Under the pieces are notes generated by a model. The model was not told the DNA's origin, searched no databases, and was given only the letters and a program-made list of their open reading frames with translations. From contig CM059429.1 of assembly GCA_030390025.1 (NCBI GenBank), forward strand, positions 22,196,001-22,260,000: a stretch of 64,000 bases of DNA, written 5' to 3'. Positions 36,831-49,426 of the stretch are shown in pieces. This DNA comes from Squalus acanthias (lineage: Eukaryota). How positions within the stretch are numbered: position 1 is the stretch's first letter; every line of letters starts with the position of its first letter. Both the position numbers and the translations under genes were made by a program.

Positions 36831-37889
36831 TGCTGGGGTATATTTTCATCTTGCCTGGCATGAAGCCTCAACTGGGTGGACCAGAGGAAAATTGGGGAGA
36901 ATCTAATACCTGTAATAGATCCCATCTCATTTGTACATTATGCAATTTCCCCTTATAATCTTGCATACAAATTGTGTATAATGTTATTGGATTGAACCAG
37001 GTCTTGAGTGTGTGCAAGATATGAACCAACGTACTGAGTCACAGAATTGGAGGCCTAACAAAACTTGATTTCTTTGAGATTCAGAAGTAAAGAAAACAAA
37101 AGCAGAGGATGAATAATCTAGAGAGTTTACTTATTTTAGTAGTTCTGTAATTGAATTGTCCTGCCCTTGTAGTGTTACAAAGACAAAAGTAACTAAAATG
37201 GGTTTAATAGGGTATTACCCTTTCAGCTGGGGAAAAACGAGGACAGTCATGGTTACTCTTTGTGGTTTTGTTAAATCTGCTGCATTTTCTACCGGCAGAG
37301 CACAGGTCCCAGGAATTTCCGGGGCCTCTAACTTTGTTGTTCATTTATGCTCCAAAGGAGGAGTAAAGACCACAACTATTGTGAAGTGTAAAAAACTTGT
37401 AGTCGCATCTCTTGGGTTTGGAGTCTAATATTCAACCTGGTGAATACCCCTGCAAAGCTTTCTCAGTATTCCTGGTTGTGGATGTATGGTGATTGTATGT
37501 CATATTTGTAGGTTCTACCAAAAACTGAATCTCAATGTTGCATCATCTAGTTTTGCAATAGTTGTTTTAGCTTGTTTTAGCAGATATTGGCAAGGACATT
37601 TAGGTAGCTTGCCTGTAGCAGGTTGCAGTAGACACTCAAAATAGAAGCATCGAAGTATGGGGTGTCGAGTTCTTTGTCTCAATTCTTGGATGAAAGCCCT
37701 CCCCTAAAGGGGTCTCAGGATCACAGCCAGTTTGTCTTATTGTTTAATCTTTCTGAAGGTTCTTCCTTTGGAATTCGTGTCTTCTCTCCCTGGTCCCTAT
37801 CCTCCCTGGTACAATTGGTACTAGGCCTGGCCTTGTACCCTTTCAATCAAGAGGCCCAAGCCAGAGCTGTCCCACTTCAGCCAGTCATT

Positions 37890-38630
37890 GGGCCAGAAAT
37901 TCGGCTCTCCGGCTTCCCGCGGGTGCAAGGATTGCGCGCGTACTTACCTACCGCGCCTGCCGTTGTGCTTCGGGCCCGCGTGGACTTCGGCTCCTGGGCC
38001 TCCTGCAGCTGCCGGTGTGCAGTGCTTGCGTATCCCAGGGGCGCATTTAGTTCGAAGCGTCCCCTGAGATCACGTGAGCCACGGAGAGCCAATCGGAGCA
38101 GGGAATCTCCATTCATAGATTTTGACAGGAAGACCTGTCAAATCTATGAATAGAGATCACCCCCCAAAACCTAACTAAAACTTCAAATAAATTTTTAAAA
38201 ACATCACATTTTTAAAATAACTATAAATTACATAAATTAACTACTTTAAACAAAAATTTAAATTTTTGAAAAAATTAATTACACTTTTTAACGATGCTAA
38301 AAATAAACTTACTATGTAAAAAAGATAAACTTGTTGAAAAAATGTTTAAATTGTACTTAATTCACCACTTACCTTGTTAAAAGCAGGCCTTGCGCCTCCT
38401 TTTTTCCTGCACAGCTTCTCCGTACTTACCCTCACGGAGAAACCTGAAAAAAACCCGAAGTTCGCTGCGTGCGCGCTGCCTCTTTGGCGCACGCAGTTGA
38501 CCCTCGAACCCCTTCTTTCACGAGACCGGAAGTTCCGGTTTCCCGTGCATGCGCGAAACCGGCACTTCCGGTGGCCCTACGGGTGAGTACACAGCGCATA
38601 CTCACCCGTGGAGACCCGAATTTCTGCCCC
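37890..38630. mobile_element. Harbinger-like MITE
   Basis: 21-bp TIRs GGGCCAGAAATTCGGCTCTCC / GGAGACCCGAATTTCTGCCCC (2 mismatches), flanks ATT/AAT, CpG-rich arms and an AT-rich centre. Confidence 0.8.
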
Positions 38631-39582
38631 AATATCTCTCTTTCATCTAGTCAAACCGTTCCATCCTGAGATGGATACCTTAGCCTCCCCAAATTCCTTC
38701 TATTCTAAGTGTTTTTATACTAATTAACTTTTAATTATCTTCACAAGCAGTTTTGTTAAGCTAACTCCAATTCCTACCTTAGCATTATATCCTGGTTATT
38801 AGTAATAATAGAAGAAACGTAGGCATTGAGTCTTAGTTGGTCCAATTAGAGATACATAAACAAAGTTGAAATCCTAACTTGAAAACAGTAGATAGTTAGC
38901 TTGGAAACAAGATTATTTATGACTGTCACACTGCAGAATGCTGTAACATCCGCAGAGAAACAAAACACAAGCCGATTCTAAGCATCTATCTAATTATTGT
39001 AAGACTAGTCTGAAGAGACTTTTTGTCTCCGGTTCTAATACCATCATGGAAACACAGCATTATTCGCCTCACAATTTTATCTGCATAACCATATACAATT
39101 TGGACACCCCTGATTTCTAACACGTATAATCAGGCTTTATTCTACTGCATAGTTATGCAAGGGCTATACCCTTAAATTCACATCTTGCTATTTTGCTACA
39201 CCTCTCTAATTCTACGGTTCAGTATATCGGTTTATATCTTGCAGTCTGGTTAGTTAGTACTGTCTTGCAGTTTTTGATATTAATGTGATGTCCTCTATAA
39301 AACCAAGGTATCTTCAGGTGTTGTTTCTGATCCAGGGAATTCCTACTTACTTTTCACAGGGATGCTCCGGAATGTATTGCTACATAGAACCATAGAAATT
39401 TATATTGCAGAATAAGGTTATTTGCACCATTGTGTCTGTGCTGTCTTGTTTGCTAGAGCAATGAATCTGCTGCTGTAAGAACCTCATTTGGGAAAGTATT
39501 TGCACAGGAAGATTACAGATCCATCCTCACTGGCTATCCGTATTTCAAACGAATAGTGTTTCGACCCATGCTTCAGCTTGTT

Positions 39583-39835
39583 AGAATTATAGAAATGGTT
39601 ACAGCACAGAAGGAGGCCATTCGGCCCATCAAGTCCGTGCCGGCTCTCTGCAAGAGCACTTCAGCTAGTCCCACTCCCCAGCCCTTTCCCTGTAGCCCTG
39701 CAATTTTGTTTTCCCCCTTCAGATACTTATCTAACTCCCTTTTTGAAAGCCATGATTGAATCTGCTTCCACCACCTTTTCAGGCAGTGCATTCCAGATCC
39801 TAACCACTCGCAGCGTAAAAAACATTTTTCTTGTC
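39583..39835 (-). mobile_element. CR1 LINE 3' end fragment
   Basis: Homologous to 22016-22260 (CACAGAAGGAGGCCATTCGGCCCATC...). Confidence 0.88.
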
Positions 39836-40719
39836 GCTTTGGTGTTTCACAAGAAAAATCAACTATAGCTTTTTTAAACTGGGCTTTGAAGTTTAGTATC
39901 AACCAATAGGTTAGTTGGAGAGCAGAACTGAAGCGTGGCAGAAACAATGAGATCAGATGCAGTGTGTGGCTGGTAATGGCAGCGTCCAGGCAACGCTTTC
40001 TTTCACATGTACTTGAGACAGAAAGCATTAAGATGACTCGATGGTTTCTGAGATTCACACTGCAGATGTATAATAAATACTTGAACTATTTGGGCACCAA
40101 CACTATTTGTCCTTGAAGATTTATCAACAGCTTTTACATTTTATAAAATCTTTCTCCAGGGAACATTGTATCAAGACCATGTGACAAGTGAATTTTTTGC
40201 ATTCGAATTTTTTTTATTTTGTAATGCGTTCGGAGTGACGGGTGGGTGAGTCTTTTTCTTTTGCATGTATCTGAGAGTAAACAGAAACAGGCCGAGAAAG
40301 GGTTAACTTAAATGAGGGAAATCCCCTGGAAGGACTGTATCATCATTCAAGCAAAGAAAGGTACGTCTGTATGAAAAGGTCTACATTTGAATATGGTGCA
40401 TAAATAAACAGGAGCTCACTAATCCCAATATGCCCTATTGCAGAAATGTTGAAGGAAAGCTGTCAGTTAATTTCATACTTTTAGTTTTGGGTAATTGATA
40501 GTATAAATAACTCCGCCTCGAATCCCATGGATCAGTCTGTTCATTCTTTCGGAATATATTACAATTTGTATGAATTTTGTTCAGGACATTGTATTTATAC
40601 CTTTTAAATATTTTGAATGGCTGAGAGAGTGTCTATTTTTCTATTGGTTTGTTTGTTTTTATTGTGCAATCGCCTCAATTAAATCACTTCAGTGGCCAGG
40701 TTCATAGTGAAAAGTCAGT

Positions 40720-41435
40720 GGGCTAGAAATTGGCCTCCTTCGCGCTTCCCGTTATCGCCAATGGGGCACTAACGACTTACCGCCCAGGCGTGACGATGTT
40801 ACCGCCGCCCGCGTAATTCACCTGGCAGTTTGCGGCGGTGGTAACCCCTAGCGCCGCTATCTCCTGGGCCCGGAGGTCGTGACGTCATCCGGCTGCGTAG
40901 TGCCCCGGACCCGAACTTCGGTTCTGCCCCCTACAGCATCGCCGGGTGAAAACACCGGCAGCTGCAGGAGGCGTTTATTGGGAGGCCGGGTGCTTGGGGG
41001 CGATACTTAAAGGCGAGGTGGCCGAGGTAAGTAAAAAAAATTCTGAATTATTTTTTTTTTTTTCCTTTGTCAACAATCAGCCCAGAACTCTGCTGCAATG
41101 CATCGGGCTGATCGGGCGGCTGCCGTCGGGGACCAGGTAAGTTTTGCCCTTGCAGAGCCTGCAGCGATGGCCCTTCCCTTTAAGGGAGGGAAGGAGCCTT
41201 CCAACGCGGCAGCGCTGCACGGCCCATTGTGCAGCGCTGCTCACCTACCGCCCCTCCTGCTGCCTGTTGCGCTCCAGGAAGAAAGTGGAGCGCTTGATTT
41301 AGCGCTCCACTTCATTCCTGGAGCGCAAAAACCCAATTTTTTTTTAAAAGCTGGGAATCATTAGCATTTGCCGCTAAGTTTCCCAGCTTTCAAAAGTTAC
41401 CGCCCCCAAATGGGACGATACTGAATTTTTCCCCC
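40720..41435. mobile_element. Harbinger-like MITE
   Basis: GGGCTAGAAATT ... AATTTTTCCCCC imperfect TIRs around a CpG-rich island that contrasts with its flanks. Confidence 0.6.
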
Positions 41436-42284
41436 AGAGTGCCTGATCAACACACTTCCTCACCCCCTTATACCCAATATGATGAAGTTTATTTTCTTCA
41501 AATTAATTGTAACTGCTTTTTTAAAAATAGAGTGTTCTCAGTGTAACAGATTCAGACGTGATGCCAAATGGTGATCAGTGTTTCACTTATTAATAGTTAA
41601 ATCAATCAAACAAGTAAAAGTATCAAAATTAGTAGACAATTAAAATAATTCAGAGATCAAAACAACATTAGGCTTCCGCACCAATATTCGAGATTAAAAC
41701 AATATTAGCCCTTTTAATCTCTGGGCAGAGGTCGTCATTAAGTTGTTGTTTCAAGTTCTCTGACAGCTCGGCAGTCTTCTGATAGTTGGGTGTTCTTCGA
41801 ACAGCTGTATAATCTTCTGACAGCTGGATGGTCTTCTGCCCTGAGCTCAAAAGATGGTGGTTTTTTTATGCCCCCGGGTAGAAACCTTACACCATATATG
41901 GGGTTATTATTCACAAGACCCTTAGATTAATAACTTGCTTTTCAAAGAATTTAAGGTGGTCAATTTGTTTTAACATTACTCATCGACCCACAAGACTCTT
42001 TGCAAGGTTGTTTTTCAAGGTGGCCAGTTTGTCTGACTGCACTTGCCTAGCTATCTCCTCGGTGTCCTGGTTTTATCGCTATCTTTGGATTATCATTCTG
42101 CTTTTTGGGGTCATTGTTCCTCTTTTATCATATAACTGCTTTGCCTCACAGTGAGGATGACCAGGGTCAGTCACTGGTCAAAGGTTAACCGTTTGAAATT
42201 CAGCAAATAAGCCACGCACTCAGCAAAATGTGCTGCACAGCCTGCAGAGCATGATGGTTAGTAGCATTAAGAAAATGATGTCAA

Positions 42285-42400
42285 TTTTCCCACATTACAA
42301 CAGTGAGTGCACTCAAAGTACTTCATTGGCTGTAAAGCGCTTTGAGACGTCTGGTGGTCGTGAAAGGCGTTATATAAATGCAAGTCTTTTTTCTTTTTTT
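42285..42400 (+). mobile_element. DeuSINE 3' fragment
   Basis: Matches 25437-25545. Confidence 0.82.
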
Positions 42401-42725
42401 CCAATACTCTTACACCAGGTATGAATGTATTAATAGGCTTTACTTAAGCATTGGTGTCACTGCACTTGCAAAGCTACTAGGGGTTGGAATTAAAATTGCG
42501 AGTGGGGTTTGAGGTTTTATTTAATTTCAATGCCAAGTTTCCATATTTACTACAGTGTATCACTCAGATGTGTGATGGCTTGTTTGTGGATAGGTTGTAG
42601 CCCCCGTTCCATTCTGTACCTTTTGAAAGCTGTTTAGTTTATTTATATGTTTAAGGGAGTTCCGTCGGTTACCTGAGGAGGGATATAGAGTGGTGACCAT
42701 CCATTTGAGTCTTCGTAGACTCACT

Positions 42726-43364
42726 GACTGGAGTTTGCTGGAGCGAGGTGTGCCCGGTTAGTTAGACCTTTTTTGTCCTGCAAGTTACTGGAAGTGCAAG
42801 CGCGGAGAGGGCAACAGGGCATTTGGGACCTTGGTGAACGACGGGTCCAACAGTGTATCTCCTTAATCAATGAGATTTAAGGATTCAGAAATAAACAGAG
42901 GAAGGACTGAGAAGGGGAGTGAATTTAGAGTGTGTGAATTCAATGTCAAGGCAGGTGCAGAAAGAGGGAAAGAACGATTGGATTAAGAGAGAGAGAAAAA
43001 AGAGACAAAGGAAAAGTAAGTTTTTTTTAATTTGACCTTTTTAAAATATCCAACAATTCACTACCTGAAGGAATGAAACGCCACACTCTCAATTGTTCAC
43101 TTTCTATGCCAGAGAGGTTGATTGGCAGTCATTAACAATTATCACTTTGTTAGAAGGGTAGTTGTGCTATTAATTACTTGACTAATGGGCAATTAATGTG
43201 CAAATCCAGCACCTTCATGAAATTCACGGGAAGGTTAAGGGCGCGATGCTGTTTATGCGCAATTCACCGGGTCTCCCTTCCTCGCCACAAGCTGCTGATC
43301 AATTTGCACATTAATAGCGGAGAGCGTTGTTCGCACGCCATTATTTTTTCAGTAAATTCTAGCC
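42726..43364. mobile_element. Harbinger-like MITE, degenerate
   Basis: GACTGGAGTTTGCTG ... CAGTAAATTCTAGCC imperfect TIRs; internal organisation similar to 54234-54979. Confidence 0.45.
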
Positions 43365-43697
43365 TAATGCAGAGCAGCAATTAATAGTCAATGGAACGAG
43401 AGTCAAAACAGTAAGAGGAAGTTGTGATCAAACTGTACAGTGCTCTAGTCAGAATGCACCTCGAGCACTGCGTCTAGTTCTGGGCACTGAGACATAAGGG
43501 AGACAGTCAGGTGCTGGAGGTAGTGTAGAGAAGAGCCACAAGGTGGAACCCTAATGTCAGCGGTCGGAGTTGTGAAGAGAGACTTGAGCCCCGATTTTTA
43601 ACTCGCGGTGGGGGGGGGCTGAGGTGGGCGGCAAACAGTCCCAACCGCGGCAGCATTCCCGCTCCTCCTGGCCCCACAAGGAAAGTCAAAGAAAGTC

Positions 43698-43878
43698 ATC
43701 GTCGCTGGGTCAAAATCCTGGAACTCCCTCCCTAACAGCACTGTGGGAGTACCTTCACCAAACGGACTGCAGCGGTTCAAGAAGGCAGCTCACCACCACC
43801 ACCTTGAGGGCAACTAGAGATAGGCTATAAATGCTGGCCTTGCCAGCGACGTCCTCGTCCCATGAATGAATAAAAAAA
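43698..43878 (+). mobile_element. 3' end of the second CR1-clade LINE family, inserted in a GC-rich MITE-like element (about 43587-44187)
   Basis: Reverse complement of 17698-17883; ends CCCATGAATGAATAAAAAAA; imperfect flanking duplication AAAGAAAGTC / AAAAAGAGTC. Confidence 0.85.
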
Positions 43879-44242
43879 GAGTCTTGGCTTTTTGGCTTCT
43901 TCTGGGCCCGACTCCTTTCCCACTTCGTGGGCCTGGTGGGAAAGCCACAACCACTTACCCGCTCAGGCCCAGTGTTAAAATAGCAGTCTGACATCAACGG
44001 AGCCTGATATTCATATTTAACGAAGGACCCTGCCGGTTTCTCACGCCTGCTCAGAAGAGCAGATTAAATCGTAGCCTGTGGGATCGGTGAGAGATCAGCA
44101 GGTGAGTCCCACGGGCGATTTTTTTTTTTTTTTTTTTTTTTTAATTCTCCGGGTTTCCACCGAGCGGCTAGGGTTAAAATCGCCACCTTGGGCTTTATGG
44201 CCTGGAAAGGAGGAATCTTGAGGTGATCTAAAAATGAGATAC

Positions 44243-44350
44243 ACAACAACAACAACAACAACAACTTGCATTCATATGGTGCCTTTAACAAAAAAAGGTC
44301 CCTAGGCACTTCACAGCTGCATTATCAGACAAAAATTGACACTGAGCCAA
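44243..44350 (-). mobile_element. L2 3' tip with (CAA)n tail
   Basis: (CAA)n-CTTGCATTCATATGGTGCCTTTAAC..TTGACACTGAGCCA, as at 16855. Confidence 0.75.
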
Positions 44351-45510
44351 AAGAGTTACATTCAAGCCCACTTGCATGAATAACTGATAAAAGAATAAAT
44401 TGTTTGAGAATAAAATCTCCATGCACAAATGCCTTTTCTATCTTTTCCAATGATCGCTGTCATTATTAGATGAATAACTGTGAGATGAATAATAAATTTG
44501 AATGAATTGCAGAAGTCTGAATTTATTCACTTAGGTGCTGTACTGCCTCTCTAAAGCCGATATTGTAAGTTCTTTTTACAAGCGTTTTTGTCTAGGTGGG
44601 AAAATTGCCTAATGACCATTTCGGTGATGTTTGAGTCTTTTTCAGGAGCTTGGGCTCGAGCACTTTTGACAATCAATGTGACCGCTTTGGTTTCGGTGTG
44701 AAAACCACTTCGTCAGGTGCTAATGCTCGAGCTTTGTGATTCTTAGAACTTGCCCAGTTCATCTGCTGTCTTAGCTAAAAGGCAAGCGTAATTGCGGTTT
44801 TAAAAAAAAAATAAAAATAATTATTAACTGCTAAATACTGCACGGTATTGCTTGAGGTGATTAATCTGTTTATTGTAAGCTAATAAACCCTCTTTTTAAG
44901 ATTTTTGTACTGTAAAGTGTATATTGTAATGAAGCAAATGACATAAATACACTTTGTTATCCATAACAACTGTGTAACCGTTGCAATTCCAATACTGTAA
45001 TTGCAATCCAATTTGCATTCTATTGTTGGTTTCTTGCCAAATAAAACAGATAAAAGAAACGGTTAAGTGAACAAAATGTCTTGGCAAAATCCTTATTCAT
45101 TTAAACAGTTTGCACTGTATTATGAGGGGAGAGTAAAAGCTTGTTCAAAGCGGCCGACTTTAAGGAGTGTCCGAGAGAGAGAGGTTAAGGGAGGGAATTC
45201 CAGATCTGAAATCACAGGCGGGTGAGCGCAGAAGCAGAAAACCCCAGCCAAGTTGTCAAGGTCACAACTTAGAAATAGCAAGCTGGGAGACTTTTTAAAA
45301 AAACAACCGTCATTTTATCTGGAGTTCTTCAGTTCCTTTGTTAATGAAGACTAAGACGTTGTTGCCATCTCATGCCACTCTAAAGCAGGTACTGGCCACA
45401 AAGCTGCATTATAAATGGTATGGAATGCTACTTTAAGTTAAACTATGAGAGTAGGACAAGAGATTACAGGTTCAACTAGTAAAAGTTAACTTTAGGATTA
45501 TTAGGAAAAT

Positions 45511-46260
45511 AGATTGGGAGAAGGGGAAGTGCAACGAGACCTGGGTGTCCTTGTGCACCAGTCGCTGAAGGTAAGCATGCAGGTGCAGCAGGCGGTGAAG
45601 AAGGCAAATGGTATGTTGGCCTTCATAGCGAAAGGGTTTGAGTATAGGAACAGGGATGTCCTGCTGCAGTTGTACAGGGCCTTGGTGAGACCACACCTTG
45701 AGTACTGTGTGCAGTTTTGGTCGCCTTATCTGAGGAAGGATGTTCTTGCCATGGAAGAAGTTCAGCGAAGATTCACAAGGCTGATACCTGGGATGGCAGG
45801 AATGACATATGAGGAGAGATTGGGTCGATTGGGCTTATACTCGCTGGAGTATAGAAGAATGAGAGGGGATCTCATCGAAACATATAAAATTCTGACAGGT
45901 CTGGACAAACTAGATGCAGGAAGAATGTTCCCGATGGTCGGAGAGTCCAGAACCAGGGGTCATAATCTAAGGATAACGGGTAAGCCATTTAGGACAGAAA
46001 TGAGGAAGAATTTCTTCACCCAGAGAGTGGTGAACCTGTGGAATTCTCTACCACAGAAGGTAGTTGAGGCCAAGTCATTAAATATATTCAAGAATGAGTT
46101 AGATATATTTCTTAAAGCTAAAGGTATCAAGGGATATGGGGAGAAGGCAGGTACAGGGTACTGAGTTTGGATGATCAGCCATGATCTCATCGCATGGTGG
46201 CGCAGGCTCGAGGGGCCGAATGGCCTACTCCTGCTCCTATCTTCTATGTTTCTATGTTTC
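45511..46260 (+). mobile_element. Young CR1 LINE 3' fragment with an uninterrupted 216-codon ORF2 C-terminus
   Basis: QRDLGVLVHQSLKVSMQVQQAVKKANGMLAFI..LVRPHLEYCVQFWSPY..KNFFTQRVVNLWNSLP; tail CTATGTTTCTATGTTT. Confidence 0.95.
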
Positions 46261-49200
46261 TTTGCAGAGTGATCCACTTTGAAGTAAAGTGGTGGAGGCA
46301 AATATCCTGCAGTCATTAAGAAACAATTCGATACGAGGAGCGGGAGAGAAGTGCAGGCTTGTTCTGGATGGATAAATTAAGATTGGCTCAATGGCCTTCC
46401 TCATCTGAAAGTATCTGGTGACGCCAATAGGCCAGTTACACTGCAGTCATTAAAGTTTGTTAATGTACCAACTGGAGTTTAATTGGAGCAAAGTTGCTGG
46501 TCTGATGGTATTTCAAATTCTGGAAAGTCTCGCAAGAGCACCAGGGTGGCCGGCGACGGGGGCGGGGGGAGTAATCTCGCACTACGTGGGCTTTGCACCA
46601 GCTGCAGTATAACTACTATCCGTGTGATGCTGTTTTTTTAAATACCTCAGGTGATTGTGTGCCCAGTTTTGATGTTTGTAATTAGCTGATGTGACAGTTG
46701 GCTCTTCACGTGTGAAAAATTGAATTAACAGAGCTTTGTATAGTATTTAAGCACACGTGTGCATGAGAACAGACCAGCACACAGCTGGCGGTATAACTTT
46801 TTGTGTTGCCATCTCGTACCGCTCCAACAGGTACTGGCCATGGCCACAAAGCTGCATTATAAAAGGATCAGAAGAGGGAAAGAATGCATTTTCGCAATAC
46901 ATGTGATTCCTTTATTCTTCATTCCAGTTCACAAACGTGTCACACAGCTCGAGCTCATTCCTTTGCAGGAAACCATGGCACGCTTCACCTCCCTCAGTCT
47001 TTCCTGCCTCCGACAGCTTTCAGGCTTTTAATATCCACTTAATCACCACTCTCTGATCAACCTCCTTTTCCCTTTTGCAATTGTGAACCCTTGGTATCCT
47101 GCACATTGGTTTCTCAATTTAAAAAAAAAAATGCCTCGGTTTCAGAATGAGGGTTTTAACCCCTTCCTTATCTGAATCATGAGAACAGTCCTGATCTGCT
47201 CATTGGGTAAGTCCAGTCGCCATTTGATAACTGCTGTGTTCTTGTTATAACTGTAGCGAAAATGCCCTAACATGGTGACTTAAAGATGTCCTCAAAATGG
47301 AGTTTTCAGCAATCTGGCTGACCTCAGCTGGGGGGTGGGGGTAAACACTGGGAATGAGAATCATGGATGTCTGTATAAAATGAGAAACCTTTCACAGTAT
47401 TGGTAGATACAAAGGCCTGGGTCTTCCACCAGCCCCCGATCTTCCACACTTTCACTTTAATAGATGGAAAATCACAGGCGGGTGAGCGCAGAAGCAGAAA
47501 ACCACAGCCAAGTTCTCAAGGTCGCAACTGAAAAATAGCTAGCTGGCAGACTTAAAAAAACAACAGTCATTTTATCTGGAGTTGTTCAGTTCCTTTGTTA
47601 TTGAAGACTGAGAAGTTAAGGAAGTACACTCGCTACCTAACATGCCTGGGTTTTTGTTTCAGAACTAAGATTTTTCACGAGAGTGAAGATTACAACTCCT
47701 TGACGGGTGTCTGTTTAAAATGATTGACACATGCCCTGCAAGAATTCACTTCTTAGGTATCACTTGGGTTGGTTAAAGATTACATTTATTTGAGATCGAA
47801 GGTATAATGTTTTGGACACACAAAATCGGGCAAAGTGTGGGTAAGAGCGAGCACAGCAAGAATACACCGAAAAATCAGGCCAAGAAGCCAGAGGAAAGAT
47901 GGATAGAAGGTTTAGAGAGAGAGTTCGAGATGACAGAAATTGAGATTGATGGACTACATGTCTTAAGTGTGCCACTTGGATAAATGAGAAGTTTCCTTGC
48001 GAATAAGGGAAATGAGATTTGAACTAGCTCTAGTCCAAATATATCTACTGATGTGTAAGGTGGATCTACCCAGGAAACAGATGATCCAAGAGGGAACGCA
48101 TAGCACATCAGACATCCCAGGAGGCTGGCACAAGCATCCCAGAAGAATGCGAGGCAACCAACTCTACACTGCCGACTCCGAGGGATGAGGTTCTTTTCGC
48201 ACATCGGTAATAAGCTGAACTAATTAGAATTTTAATGCAGCAAATGGACTTGCTATCTAAAGCTGTTAACTTGGCAGCTATATAAGGAGTCTAACCATAA
48301 ACTAATCTCGCCAATTTTACGTCAATCTCTGACATTGATCTTGCTATCAACTTGTAATAAGTAAAACCTACCTGATGCTTGGTTACTGTAACGTATTTTA
48401 GTGCCTTTGTGACCTCCAGTATTAATTCTGCCAGTTAATAATATCTACCTAAATAGTTTGTGCACTTTAGAACTATTTAATTGTTAAACACTAATCATGT
48501 TATCATACAAGTGGTAGTAAAGAAATGTTAGTCCGTGACTCATGGTCTGACTTCCTCTTTAATGATTGTCAAGACGGGTATAACTCCTTCACTCCAATTA
48601 TATGTATCCTAATAGGGGGTTGGTAGTCTAAATGCTAATATAGGACTGGTTAATGTAAGACGGTTCGTGTGAGCTAAATTTAGGCATCTAGTACTTTCCT
48701 CGACGTAGACTGGATGGTAACTCCATGGTTACCATTGCAGCAAAGAGTTGTTAGTCCGGTGAGACTAACTTCGCTCATGGTTTACGCACAAGTGGTTTTT
48801 ATAATAACAAGCTTGATTACATTCATTGATTTTATATAACTGTTCTATGGTGTTATGTTAAATGACAAGATGACATGCAAATAATTCAACCTGGTTCCCA
48901 GGCCCAGCATGATCACTGTCATTTCTAGGCTGCCTGCGTGTCTGTGGGCCTTGCGACTGACCCTGAGAGCACTCTGACCTCCGAGGAAATCGCACATCCC
49001 GTGCTTCCAAGGCATGGAGCAACTAGTTCCAGCTCTTCAGGCCATCTCCACAGCTGCATGGCTCCTGACCACCCCAAGAACGCCCTGCCTTGGGGATGGG
49101 GGGGATGGAAATAGGTTCTATTCTTATACTATAATACAAACTTGGCCTGTGTCTACATAATACGTAGTTGCACGTAATACGTAGTTGCACATTTAGTTGA

Positions 49201-49426
49201 GGCCACATTTTTAGGTGTTTACCCCACTTATAAACTTTTCGGCCTTGGCCTCTGTTCTTTGTCTATAATACAATAAGTGCACAGGCCAATCTTTATCTTT
49301 TACTCTGAATGTGGTGTCTTGGCAACTAGTCTCTTATTAGGGTATGAGCCTTTTTCTCAACCTGGGCATTTATCAATCTGTGTCCTTGCCTTTCCAAACT
49401 GTCTGGTGCTGGTACATGGAGACAAG

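Noticed and set aside
41759-41838. CRISPR-like reading of the 19-bp array with variable cores
   Set aside because: Units and 6-nt variable parts are far too short, there are no cas genes, and the context is eukaryotic.
45514-46164. 216-aa protein-coding gene
   Set aside because: C-terminus of CR1 ORF2 in a 5'-truncated copy, with no true start codon.
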